A stretch of 51,456 bases of DNA from positions 984,208 through 1,035,663 of the forward strand of contig BCIN01000001.1 of assembly GCA_039545335.1 (NCBI GenBank). The letters are read 5' to 3'. Both the position numbers and the translations under genes were made by a program. Position 1 is the first letter of the stretch. Each line of letters begins with the position of its first letter. The stretch comes from Kondoa subrosea (lineage: Eukaryota). Below, piece after piece: positions 38,658 through 51,255 of the stretch. The notes under the pieces were generated by a model, which saw nothing but the letters and a program-made list of their open reading frames with translations, was not told the DNA's origin and made no database searches.

Positions 38658-41600
38658 CTACTTTTGTATTGCCTGACCGCCAACCCTTATTCGATACAAA
38701 CACCCATTGCTATTCGATTGTGTGCCGAGGATATGTAAGTTGACTATTTGAACGGGTATTCCCAAATCTATGAGTGCAGAAGGAACTGGGAAAGTCTGGA
38801 TATGGGAATCGGCATGAGGATTATATGTTCCAGCAGCCAGAAGGACATGTCGGGAAGAAGGAGGAAGAGAAGACAGGTTATTGATATCTTGAGGTTGATT
38901 CAATCTATGTTGTTGTATCTTGAGCACATCGTCTTCAGAATCCAAGATACCCCAGACTTCAAAGTCTGCTGGTGCGCTGGAGATGTCGAAAGCCACATCA
39001 GCGGAAGCGTGTTCAATTGTTACATCTGTCACCACAATGTTGCGACTGAGGCGAATCCCAAGCGAGGCAGTCGATCCTTGGAAGGCCCAGCAAGAACCAA
39101 CACTGATGTCTGGATGAATCGCAGTGACTGGAGGTCGGCCTCGGACCACACCTCTTCCAGTAGCTGAAGCGAGAATGCTTTTGAATAGACCGGAAGGTCG
39201 AGCTTCATACGATGCAGAAGTCAGAGCCGGTATAACACGACCACCAGCTGAGAAGAGGGCGTAATCTGGTTTGGCGAGAACATCTTTCGAGTATCGAAGT
39301 AGAGCGGCATCGACCAATTGCTGGATCAGCTCGTTTGCGTTTTGACCCGTGGGCAACTTGAGAGAGACTGGTTTGGCAGCATCATCCGTTCGCAGTTGAT
39401 TCTGCTTAGCGACTTTGTTGAGTAGCTCTTCGCCGATCTGCTGAACATTTGCGTTGGCTTGCCTCTCGAAATCGATCTTGAGCAGCTTGATTTCTTTCCG
39501 AAGAAGGTCAACAAAGGCTCGCTTGGATAGGACAGCTCCGGAGGAGATTCTGTCGTCTAGATCGCCTTCTATAAACGCCTTTAGGGAGTGTTGGTTTTCG
39601 AGCAGGAAGGCATCCCAAGATACTGGAGCAGGTGTGGAGGATGAAGACTTCTGAACGGCGCGAACAGGAGCGAAAGCTGATTTGAGCTGTGTCCAGAAAG
39701 CTGGATCAACGACCAAGTTGCCTTTATTGTCTCGCCTAACTGCAACTCGCGAGGGAAGAATCTTTTCGATAGCTTCTGTTGCAAGTTCAGTCGCTTGTTG
39801 CGCAGTGATAGCTTGCTTGAGGTCACTTGTAGCTTCTGCTAGGGTATTGTTTGTTCGCTTGAGGTTCTTCGCCAGCGAATCGACCTCTTTTGCTAATGTT
39901 TGTAATGCCGTTGTACCTTCGTTGTGGCGACGAGTGGAAGAAGTCAGATCGTCGGAAAGACTGACGAAGCGGGAATGAAGTGATCGAAGTTCAGTACTAA
40001 GATCTGATGTACTTTGCAGCAATTCTCTCCACCTTGTCTGTTCTCTTTCGTTCGCTTGACTGAGTTCTTTTGAAAGCCGTTGATCCAGATCATTGAGTTT
40101 ATCGACGATTCTTTGTGAAGTGTGACCATCCGAAGCCATTTTCGATCGGTATTCTTGCTGGGCGTTCGAAATATCAGAAGTGGCTCTTTCCACTGCTGAG
40201 AGACGTTCGACCAATTGATCAAAGTCACCGGCTGGTAATCGAGGTGCATCGAATTTGGGAAATTCGACTTTGGTTGATCTTCGCCATCTCAAGCCAGAAT
40301 CTTCCAGCATAGACCCTGCGCATCGATCATCAGAGAGAAGATCTCAAGTTCAGAGTTTCACAGCACTAACCAATTAGCACTGCCAATATCAGTATTCCCA
40401 AAGCAATTTTTCCAGCAGAAGACCATGGTACATTTCTCAACGCTTCGACCCCTTTTCCACTACACCACATTAACAGTTTGACCGGCTTGAAGATCATATC
40501 CAGAAGTAGTTCAAACATTCTGCGAACCGCTCGTCCGACTGTCACTCCAAGATCCTCAGGTACTGGTCCGCCATCAGGATGAAACGGATCAACTCTGACA
40601 GGCGAATAGCCTTTCTTCCTGCTGTTCCCTTCTACTAGAGGTGCAGGGGCAGGAAAGCCGAATTGTTTTTGTTTCGATCTCGCATTTTCTCTGTTCAATG
40701 AAGCTAGTTGCGAATCTTGTTCTAGTAACGAAACGATTTCTTCTTCTTGGGAGAAAGTGGATGAATCGCCTCGAGGCGGTAAGGACGAGTCGCGAAGGTG
40801 ATCTCTTTCTCGCATAGAAAAAGTAGCAAAATGAGGTGAAGAGGAAGCCGACGAAGACTGAGGATTTGGATCACGAGATCGGAGGATAGAAGGGCGGAAT
40901 GCTGAAGGTACAGCTGCGGGGGAAGAATGGAAAGCGCCAGGAGGTTGAGGGGTAGCTATAGTTGTATCTGCACGAAGTCGCTCAGGTGTATTACTGATAT
41001 CCGATTCTGCTTGCCCTTCACCTCGCTTTGCTCGGAGCTGATCCCTTTTCTTGTCCGGTATAAATTTACCACCTTCGCGAGATGGTAAGCTCTGCCTGGA
41101 TTTCTTGGTCGCTTTTCTTGCTTCTTCAGTATCTGAGACATCTTCGCCAGCAACTTCTTCCTCTACTTCGCTTCGCTTTGACCTGGAACCTCGATCTGGA
41201 CTCTTCCTGATTTTTCGTTTCACACCTCGAGGACTTTGTTCCGCTACTTCTTGTGGAACTTGTGCATCTTCTTCTGATTGAATAGATTGAACAGATTGAT
41301 TGGATATATCCGGATCATCATTCTCGTCTTGTTCCATTTCATTTTCTTCTTCCTCCTCCTCTGCATCTTGATCAAGCAACATATCAATATCCTCTATACT
41401 TTGATCTTGTTCTTCTTCAGCAGTAGTTCTCCTTTCTCTTTCTGCAGCACTCAGATCCCTTAGTTCACCATCATCATCATCTGCTTTCCGATTCCCATTC
41501 AATCTACTATTACTACTACCTTCTCCTTTTTTAGCAGCAGCTTCTCTAAAAGCAGTAGCGATATTGACAGATGTGTTTGGGTTAGAACTCTCAGTAGGTT

Positions 41601-42178
41601 TAGGAGGTTTAGCAATGGGTTTTGGATGACTACTGTTTTGATTGTATTTCGCATATCTGCTTGCAGGTGCTTCTAATGCTGGTGAACCTTGTACAGCAAC
41701 TCTAGAAGAAGCTATTGAAGAATTATCATCGTCTTCTTCCTCATGTTCGTCTGAGTTGGCTGCTTTGTTTGATGGGATTGAAGGGGAAGGTTGAGCAGCA
41801 GAACGACGGTTGAGTGAAAGAGAAGTAGAAGGTGGAATATAACCTGGCGACATAGACACTCGACTTCTTGAGACTGTATTGGCTCCATAAGCGAATGAGA
41901 CTGGGAAGACTCTTTTATAAGCTTTGCTATAACACAGAGTTATCCATTGAAAACTGACTCGGTAAAGAGTTTGGATTGACTCGTGGTCTGCTACCAGAAG
42001 CTAGGGCGCCTGATCCAGAAGTACTAGAGGAAGGTGTAGCAGTAGCTAGCACATTAGAAAGAGGTGAAGGCTGTCTGAGGTTTGGTGCAGCAGGATTGAG
42101 CGTTCCGCCTAGCGAGTTGGAAGTGGACGCTTGAGGTTGCTGTTGCTTTCGACCTGAGTTGCCGCTGTAGCTTGACAT
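38658..42178 (-). CDS. sad1: Sad1/UNC-84 SUN-domain inner nuclear membrane protein
   Basis: Long low-complexity N-terminus, a TM segment KIALGILILAVLIG, a coiled coil, and a C-terminal SUN domain PDYALFSAGGRVIPALTS...GSCWAFQGS...VTIEHAS..ISSAPADFEVWG...CLYRIRVGG. Confidence 0.9.
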
Positions 42179-42569
42179 TGCTTGCGGCTGGCCTCAGGAA
42201 CCTGATACAAATCTGCATAGCAATGTAAACACACGCGCCAAAGATTGCTGCAAAGCAGAACTGACTCGACTTTAGGCTATCTGGAGATCTGATATACGCA
42301 AGCAAGGCACATGAACAGGCAAAGGTATCTCGCTGTTTCAAGAAAACGGAAGCGTGCATGCGAGCAAGAAACAAAGATCAATGCGCGCTTGAGTCGAAGT
42401 CAGTCTGTCAGCAGATGTCGCGGACAAAAGAAGGCAGCTAGTCGTAGACATGAAGATTGGGAGAGGAAAACAAGAACATTGCAAAGATCTACAAACTATC
42501 CATGCTTTTCCATCCGATAATGCATCTACTTTTGCTTTTTCTGACCGATGCCTACGATTGATGCTGAAT

Positions 42570-44030
42570 CTAATCGAATAATCCGAAACCCATGTCATCG
42601 TCGGACTGTGCGTTGTCAAGTGGGCAGTCAGCAAAAGGTATTGCAAACCCCCGTAAGACAACTCACCTCTTCCTTTTCTTCCTCCTTCTCGGCTTCCTTT
42701 GGTGCTTCAGCGGCAGGGGCAGCCTCAGATGCAGCAGGAGCGGCGGAAGCGAAAGCTTCAGGGTTCTCGAGGTAAGCCTTCACTTTCTCAGATCCGTCAA
42801 AGGTGTCTATTGCGTTATGAGATTAGTGGAAGACAAGCTGCTGAGGGAAGGTGAAATTACAATCAGTGGCCAAAGAGACGGCGAGGACGTTCTTGTAAGA
42901 GTTGACCAAAGAGTGAGCGACACTGAAAATGCAATGGTCAGCCAGGCGGTAAGTATTGCGTACTGCAGATCACTAACCTTGCCAACGTTGGGTAGTTGAT
43001 AGCCAAGGAGATGGCAGCAATCTGTACGTCCAAAAAGAAATTCTAATCAGACACAATCCGAATGCCTTGCCTTGAACGCACGGTCTTGATACCAGACAAG
43101 AACTGATTGATGAGAGTAGACTCTTCAATGTCCAAGACGGAAGGAGCGAAAGCTTGACCTTGATCGTAGATCTGAACGACAGTCATACCATAGGTGAATC
43201 TGTGCGACACGATACATATCTAGAGCTGTTCAGATCTGAGATGCTCTACACGACGCACGGAGAGATGTTCAACATGTTGAGCAGAGTAGCCTCTGAAGGT
43301 CCTACTCTTGAACCAGCAGTCAAGATATCGACAGCGGTAACGATTTCGATAGCACCACGAGCAATCTTTGTTGGGATACCCAAAGCCTGGAAGAAAGATG
43401 TCTTTCCAGGTTCCATACCAGTTGGACCAGCAGGAATAGTGACGGTAGCAGGAGCGTAAGCACCGGCACGAGCTGGAGCAGCAACCTTGTTGGCCAAGAT
43501 GATGTCTCGAACTTCTTTGAGATCAGCGTTGGTGAAGACGAATCCAACGTTGCCTCGAACGTGAGGTAGGAAACGTTCGTATTGAGGCTTCTCGGACAGA
43601 ACGTCACGAACAGCTCGGCGAACCATGGTGTTCTTTCCCATCAAGATTTGACCTTTGCCTCGAAGAGCTTGACGGATCTGATGCATTTGGTTGGAACCGA
43701 CGCTAAGGGTAGGTGTAGATTGATCAGGGCTATGTTCGAGCAGTAGATGTGCTTTGGCTGGCTCACTTGTCGACATTCACAACCATAATGGATGGGTCTG
43801 TAGGGCTAGCTGAGTCAACATCTGTAGGGACAGCGCTGATTTGAGCACGTACAGGTCTCCATAAGCATGCCTAGCTTTTCGAAGTAAGCGGTCTTGTTTT
43901 CCCTGCGAGGCTCAGTTAGGCCTATGTACCAGCAGAGTATACAGTAGGCATACTTAGTCTGTCATGGTAGTGGCATGAGATCAGCTCATGCTAATGCTAA
44001 GTGACCACTGCTCAAACTGACTTTTCCCAT
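42570..44030 (-). CDS. RPP0: 60S acidic ribosomal protein P0 (uL10)
   Basis: Spliced [15 protein letters not shown]...[57 protein letters not shown]-terminal [17 protein letters not shown] with the stop at 42570. Confidence 0.97.
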
Positions 44031-44329
44031 TTTTGTAGAGGTTTTCTATTCAATAGAGTGGTATAATAGTATAACTTGGGTCCTCGCCTAGATGTCAGAA
44101 CACAATCTAAGCACTTTTTAAAGGTAGAAGTGGTTTGAAAGACAAATCCCAGCCAAACTTTCTCAAGCCTAGGAAATTTACGGCACGTGACCGCATAGCA
44201 TAAGTGAAGATAAAGTGAAGAACAAAGTAGGTAGAAGGCATCACTGGACAGTGCACTAGTATCGTTCACCGATCATCCAGCGACAGACCTGCTTGTAACA
44301 ATACAAATGCAAAAAAACGAACGACTACC

Positions 44330-47238
44330 TCAAAGTCCAACCCAACTTGATCTACCCAGAGGATTGTGCAACCTTGTCATCCCAATTTTGACCCTCTGCT
44401 GAGTACCCAGTAACAGTTGCTGCTGTTCTTCCAAACTAAAGGGTTCGTTCGGATTCCTATTGAGAGCAGGACTAGGTGCGCTTGCAAAGGCATCACCCCA
44501 AGCAGGTGTACCAGGCGTCATTGGTCTTGGACTGAGGTACGAACTACTTCCTCCACTGTTGCCGTTGCTAAGTGAAAGAGAAGCGGAAAGAGGGAGACCA
44601 GAAACGGGCAAGAATGCTTCTGCTGACCATTCGAACCAGATTCGTCGCTTTACTGGATCTGTCAATCGCCAGATATGGACGTCTAGTTCTGATCTTGCTG
44701 GAAGGTAGATAGGTTCCTGTATACAGCGACACATACTCCAGTCAGAGGATTTGACAAAGTAGAGCCGAAGCATACCCTGAGTGGGAAAAACAGCGGAAAC
44801 CAAGATAGCATATTCGGATCGCCCGTCTCCGGATGCTACCATTCGTACATCAGCAATTCCAGAAATCGTACAACCGTGTAACTCACTATCGATATCGAAA
44901 CATCTCCATAAAGCAAAGCAGAAAAATACCCACCAAAGCCATGACACACGCTTGCGTTTGGGATCCAGAAACTCAATTGAGCGCTTCTTGAATTATGTGA
45001 ATTCGTCAATGGTAAACCTTGCTCGTCCAAAACTACATCATCCCTCGGATGCACGAAGTTCCAACAAGGTTGAACTTTCTCTTTCGGCACGTCTGTAGAC
45101 TGATGTTCGCTTATTATGACTGCTTGTGAAAACATGACGACGTAAGGCTGTTCTGCTTTTTCTATTTCGTTGGCTGAAGTGACTTGATCATGGAGTTTAG
45201 CAGCAGTAATAGGAGCAAGGTAAGAAGTATAAGAGTAAGGTATCGAAATGCCGCCAGGTTTGAGCAGGCGAGGAATGATACCATCTAAGCATTCGGGCGA
45301 AAGTTCGTTATCGCCAAAAGAGCCTAAGAGTTCAGAAACGATAATGTCGGCTAGATTTGTTGGATGCCATGTTCGCATATCAGTAAAGATAAGGTCGACG
45401 TAGGAACCCCATTCTATTGCTTTGCGTTCTTGTAGTCTGTGGATGTCCCGCAACTTTCAGCTTCAAAAAGCAATAGCGTTCAGAACACGCACACGACATA
45501 AGCGTTAGGGTTCTTTTCAATAGCAGTGATCTTGACTCTTTTACCTCCTGCTCGCTTAGCCGCTTTCAGACAACCAGCAACAAGAGGTCCCCTTCCAGCA
45601 CCAGCAACAAAGATCTCGACCGGAGCAGATTGAATAGCTGGCATGTCCATCAGCGCTTGATAGACTGCTTCTTCGTACTGCTGGTACTTTATCGGATCCT
45701 TCTCAAAGCCTTCGTAAGTATCGCTTTCAAGGTTGTCCATAAGGGGCTATTGCAAATTGTGGACCGATAAGCATCGACGAACACTGGCTGATCAATTTTC
45801 GTACCTGTAGGGGCGCTTGCAGGTAGTCTAGATAACCGCCAGCATATTGTTCCACAGGTGTTTCCGGCGGCATCTTCCGCTCGAGAAATCGGATGCTGTT
45901 GGTAAACGATCGAATTGAGCATACAAATATGCAGTTAGCGATCAATTACTGACTATTGAGCATAGGCTTCTTGACCTCCGTTCGCATGTAAACCGACTTG
46001 CGTCCCGCTCAAGATCACACTCGGTTTGTACTTGAAGATACTCTTCAAGAAGGCCTGCAGACTCTTTGACAAAACAGGATAACCTTTCGCATTGGGTATA
46101 AAAGCTGTAGCAGGCATCCAAATAGCTTTGATGCTTTCTGCTTGCCATCGTAATAGTTGAGCTGGTAGAGGTGGAATTGGGAAGGAGAGATCGAGACAGA
46201 CATGCAGTCTGTTGGAGTATGAACAATGCTGACGAATGATATTCCACGTATCCCAAGGGGAAGAAGCACTGTCTTCCGAAAGACTGCTGGGTATTGATGC
46301 TGAGGCTACAGAGGGACTTGCGGAAAGAGGATTTGAGACAGGTATTCGTATTGCGATCTGTTTCGACATTCAGTATCACGTGAGAAAGTGAGCGGTAGGT
46401 TGGACTGACATGCATGTATGCGCAAGAATTTAAGGCGGCATTGACCGATCTTGCATAATCCGCTACATGAGCTGGATTTCGAGGCATAGGGAGGATGAGA
46501 GAAGCGATGTGTAAATGAGATGCATATGCAACTTCTTGTTTCAGCGCCTAGAGACGTAGTGCATGAGTTCTTGTATTTTCGGTAAATGCCAAGCAGGAAC
46601 TCGCTATTTCACTATCAAAGCGAATCCCTTCTACTTCTGAGTCCAGTTCTAGCCATTCCGAAGCAAGAGCTACGAGTAGTCTCGTCTCATCTACCGACAT
46701 ATATCACATAAGTTTCTTCTGCTCCTGCCAGAATACAAATAAATCTACCTGATCTAGTGACATTGACTTCTCCTCTACTGAAGCCTCCACCACTTCTCCA
46801 TCTTTCTGCCTCGTATGCACTCGACCCAGAGCTAGTTCCTTGCTTCTTGCTCGAGCTCGCTGAAGGTTCATAAGGATCTTCTTCAGCCAAACACATTCGT
46901 TCCCAACGATCCTTCCATCTCGCGTTCGTCAAAGGCAAGCAAACAAGATCATAGTCTTTCTTCTGCTCCGTAGTTTCATAAACCAATTTCTGTATAGGTG
47001 TCAAGGTAGTCAGGATAGGTGGTCCATAGCCGCTGCCGCCTAAAGAGGGCGTTGCAGGTTGACCATTAGGTGGATTCGAGTAGGAGCTGCCTGGGTTGAT
47101 AGCAGATTGAGGGAAATGAAGAGCTATAGGTATACGCGACGAATTTTGCTGGGCTTGCATTGAGCTGGCTAGGGCTGCTGCTGAGATGACTGCTTGATAA
47201 CCAGAAGCAGCCGACTGCAGCGAATCAGTCGTGGACAT
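44330..47238 (-). CDS. skb1: Protein arginine N-methyltransferase 5 (Skb1/Hsl7)
   Basis: [132 protein letters not shown]. Confidence 0.95.
46637..46837. repeat. Direct repeat copy A (PRMT5 exon1/intron1/exon2 segment), matching 51256-51456
   Basis: Ungapped manual alignment at offset 4619 with 12 mismatches in 201 nt. Confidence 0.95.
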
Positions 47239-47262
47239 GAGCTGTCACGAGGCAGTCGTCGT

Positions 47263-49964
47263 CTAGAGAAGGAAAGCTCGTAACATGACAAATCTCAACA
47301 TTGGCACTTTGCACGCGTAGTACACATCTGATGCGCTTGCTTCAANATGTGAGGACAAAGCANCANGGAGTACAAACACAACACAAAGGATGCTCGGTAC
47401 AAGATTGGGCAAAACGAATGTAGCCTGCCCTNGAAGGGAGAGCTTTGCCGAGACNAACTGGCGGAAGGTCAGCCAACGTAGCTGAATAACAATACGATCA
47501 ATATTGCCTGCGGTTTTCTTGACTTGCTCGTCAGCCACTGTAATGCAAATGATCAGTGAAGGACGAAAGATGTGAGCAACTCACTCACGGTTGATCAAAT
47601 CTCGCAGCGTAATCCTTGTCGCCCATCAACCCTTTGTGCACGTCCCGGCTCCCTGTCTGATTGTTTTCTGCCAATTCCCTGTCTCGTTGCTTTCTGCCTA
47701 CGCTCTCCTCGAGGGCCATCCGATGGCATGTTTGATTCTGACTTGAGCAACGCTGAACTGGCTGTGAGAGATCTGCAATGGATTTTGCTAGATAAGAGAG
47801 TGCTGCGCCGTCAAAGGGCCGATAAAACATACCGAACACAATCAGATTGATCGTTTGATTGAATGGAGTGGACGATAGCTCTGATCTGACCATTCCTTCT
47901 GCCGCCAAAATCAGCCGCAGTTCTTGGTGTGTAAGCGATCTTTCGCTCACTGAAAGGTTGCTGGTATTTGCACTTTATCATGCAATATCAGACTATCATT
48001 TTTCGACATTCTGTTCCTCTGCATCCATCCATCATCCTGCAGCGCTGGAAGCCTAAGGGTACGAAGAAGAAAGAAGAGATAGAAACTGGTTTGACAGCAA
48101 GTTGGTCCGAAGAGCAGCGAGTGGTCCACAAGCTCTTTTGATGCACGATCATCCGGAGTCTAGTCGTACACAAGAATCGTCCATTGCTGTCTTGAAGGGA
48201 TTGAGCAGTCTGAGCATCTGCTTGTAGCCGTTTGGCTTTGCTTGAAGAAAGATGAGCGATCTTGACAAGGAGACCGCCAGCTATAGTAATGATACTGTAA
48301 CTTGGGACATGCAGCGACTGCCTAATCAATGCTTTCTTGACTGGGAGGACTGGATCGCAACTCTGCTGGCAATCGAACGTTTATTGCAGTTTCTTGAGTC
48401 GCCGAATTGGTCGAAGGAGAGCCACTTATTCGCTGTAGATGAAGGTGTTACTTGATTTGATAATGCAAATGTCATGGTGCAGCGTCTAGAACGGGCAAGA
48501 AGCTAGTAGTCTGGGATCGGAAGGCGCTGGACTAGGCCTGAGAACGTGGAAAGAAGCTGATCACGAGCATATATTAGATCAGCCCAGGCATCTCGATTCC
48601 CATAGCGAGCGATAGCCCACCATAAGATTGTCACATTGTTGCGTCAAACAGGCAGACCCCAATTCTCCAGTAATGTTCGAATGATGCAACTGACTTTCCT
48701 CGACTCGGAATCTGCTTTCGGCCTAGCGATGCAGAAAGAAAAGAGAAGAATCGATTCTGATAGCGGATCGCTTCCTCTTTGCGCCATACAACTTGACGTA
48801 TTTCCGGCTGAATCTTGATGAAGCGCAGGTGCGTAAAGGATCCCGGTCTCTTCTACTTCAAGTGTGCACTGAAGACGGTCGAGCATCGCTTGAGCAGGGA
48901 AGACGACAAGCCGGATCCAAAGTGTTGATTAAAGTAAATGTGAGATGACTGATCTTTGATCGCATGGAAAAATGAAGAAAGAAAGACCGACAAGTGAAGT
49001 GGATACTGTTACAGAAGTTTGGCCAGATGTAAANAAGGAGCTAGGATCGAAGTTGAAGGCATATGAGAGATGGGAATTGGCCAACGATNCAAGATTGGGC
49101 ACAGATGTAGATGGTAAAGACTTGCATGGTTGTACGTGGAAAACAGTTGCTCTCAAGGCAGGAGTCAGCATTCTAATGCTTCGTTGCGCAACAGAGAGGG
49201 TGCGTAAGGTTTTCTTGACCTGCCCTGCGCTCGCGTGCTGGTAAGGCTTTCGAAATTGGCATCTTCGGCTATCTAAGGCAGAACAAGTTGATCTACGCGC
49301 AGTATTTGGACTTAGCTCGCCGCTCACCTTCACTTTCGGATCTAGAACAGCCCGACGAAGCAGTTTGCATAGTTTGCGGCCGTTGCGCAGCCGCTTCTTG
49401 ACCTTCAAGAGAGAGTCGTTGGGCGGGAAGAGCTGGCGGCACTGCTGAGCTATAGCTTGCACAGAAAGTTCTTCGCAATGGCTGAGCGTCCTGCCCACAG
49501 TTTTGACCAGCTCATAGGTCGTGTCACCGGCATCGCATCGGCGTTCGTATACACTGCGATGAGACCTTTGCCACTTGTAAAGATAATGGCGCAACGCTGG
49601 CACTAATTGCATCTCGAGCAATGTATCTTGCTGCGACAATGTCAAAAACGAAAACCTCGGGCTGCTGTAAAAGCCGCTTTGCATGAGCGTTGAAGCTATT
49701 AGCAATATCGACGGGTCTCCACGTACATCTTCAGCAAGTCTACCTTTGCAACAGCTATGATGCATTCATGTGTCCACATGCGTGGGCCCCATTCGTCCTC
49801 TGAAGAGTCTGTTTCCATGTTGCTGGTCCAGTGTACCAGACTAACGCTTCGCGAGAGCTAGCGAGTATTCTCAAAATTGGAAGATAGGGTTGGTCGACGG
49901 GGTGAACCTTGGACAAGTTTTTACACGTTGTCAACTTATCTCGAATACTATCTTGTGCTTCCAT
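47263..49964 (-). pseudogene. Decayed or orphan coding remnants of unknown family
   Basis: A series of minus-strand protein-like ORFs (49755-49964, 48929-49765, 48644-48886, 47585-47950, 47263-47538). One frame reads through isolated stops (...ENWGLPV*RNNVTILWWAIARYGNRDAWADLIYARDQLL...IPDY*LLARS). There is a good GTGAGT..CTGAT..CAG intron at ~47538-47589. No domain recognised. Confidence 0.4.
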
Positions 49965-50185
49965 CGTCCCCTTAGGTAAGCAGCAGCTCCAGGGCGACTC
50001 ACTCTGACTTCTTGAACCGCAAGCACTAGTCTATGTTCCGAGACAAGACTCTAGAGGAGATTACGTAATGTGTATATTCACCTACAAATGCGATAAGGTC
50101 ATCATCCCCTTGGATGCTGTGTACTTTCGAGTGCTCAGTGGTCAAGTAACTCGTTCTGTAGTACTAGAAAGCGATCATACCTCTG

Positions 50186-51217
50186 TTGATTCCGTCAAAG
50201 GCCGCTGATTACTCATTACTTAAGCATCTGAAACCCAGAAAACCAGCTGCCACGGTACTGGTCTGCTCGAGTGATGTGATGCTCGATACTATCTATAGGC
50301 CTCGGTGTCTGTATCCAGATGTCCTACGGAATAGCGGCCGCGCAGACTTACGTAAATACTTGCCCATTGTTAATTGGGGGGCAGCTGACCCAAACTTTAT
50401 GTAATTCTGTTGTACAGGTCAGCTGATTTCCAAGTCTCAACGAATACCACCATACCAGCATGACGAGCAACTTTATTTCTCCTTCCCATCGGTCCCCGCC
50501 TAATCAACCTGCTCCTCCAACAGCATCATCGGTAGATTCCGTCCTCAGCATCCGCTTGCCAGAAGTCCAGTTGCCGCAAGTCAACAGACGGATGATGTTA
50601 TGCCTGTTGCCATTTCGAGCTGGAACGCCACCATGCTTCGAAATTCACTTGAAGCAGAACAGATGGCCAAGGCTGCGGAGGTCCTGTCTGCACATTGGAC
50701 CAGGTACGCATTCAATTGTATGTGCAGCAGTAATTGACCAAGGATTCTACCAGGCTGGCGCCTGATAGGCAAGACAGTGACGAGGAGATTCGGGGTTACT
50801 TGTGGAGCTGTCTGCGAAGCAATCATCCAGAGCTGGAGACCTTTGTCTTGCTCATTAGGGAAATTGCCATGCGCATGCAATCCTCCGTAGAACGACAAAT
50901 AGCAAAAGATTTGTTTGAATGTGTGAAGACGATGTTATTCGATGCTCAGGTGCGCATTCCTTCCTTTGCTAGGCGAAACAGCCCAGCTGACTGAGATTCA
51001 GGTCGAACAAACAGATGATTCGGAAAGTACCAGCACTGCTTCTGGCTCGGTGCGTTACTCAGTTGCTCTAGCTTTGCTCCCTGAGACGTTGTTTAGTCCC
51101 GTGCCAGCTCGCGAAGTAGCGAGCACTTACATTTCCAATTCGACATGTAGAATTGACGGCGAGAACAGTCTGGATTATAGGTTGGGTCATGTACCGAGAG
51201 GATCTTTCATGCGATGA
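50186..51217 (+). CDS. Orphan spliced gene or pseudogene, helical, unknown function
   Basis: Consistent splicing: ...SWNATMLRNSLEAEQMAKAAEVLSAHWTR (GTACGC..CAG) LAPDRQDSDEEIRGYLWSCL...LFDAQ (GTGCGC..CAG) VEQTDDSE...GSFMR*. The start is uncertain, and an in-frame TAA lies near 50501. Confidence 0.45.
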
Positions 51218-51255
51218 TAGGCGAACACAATTGTTGTTTTCAATAGTATGATCTG

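Noticed and set aside
47263..51251. Helitron interpretation of the orphan block (TC near 51250 and CTAG at 47263 on the minus strand)
   Set aside because: CTAG is followed by A rather than T, no GC-rich subterminal hairpin is visible, and no Rep/helicase motifs were found.
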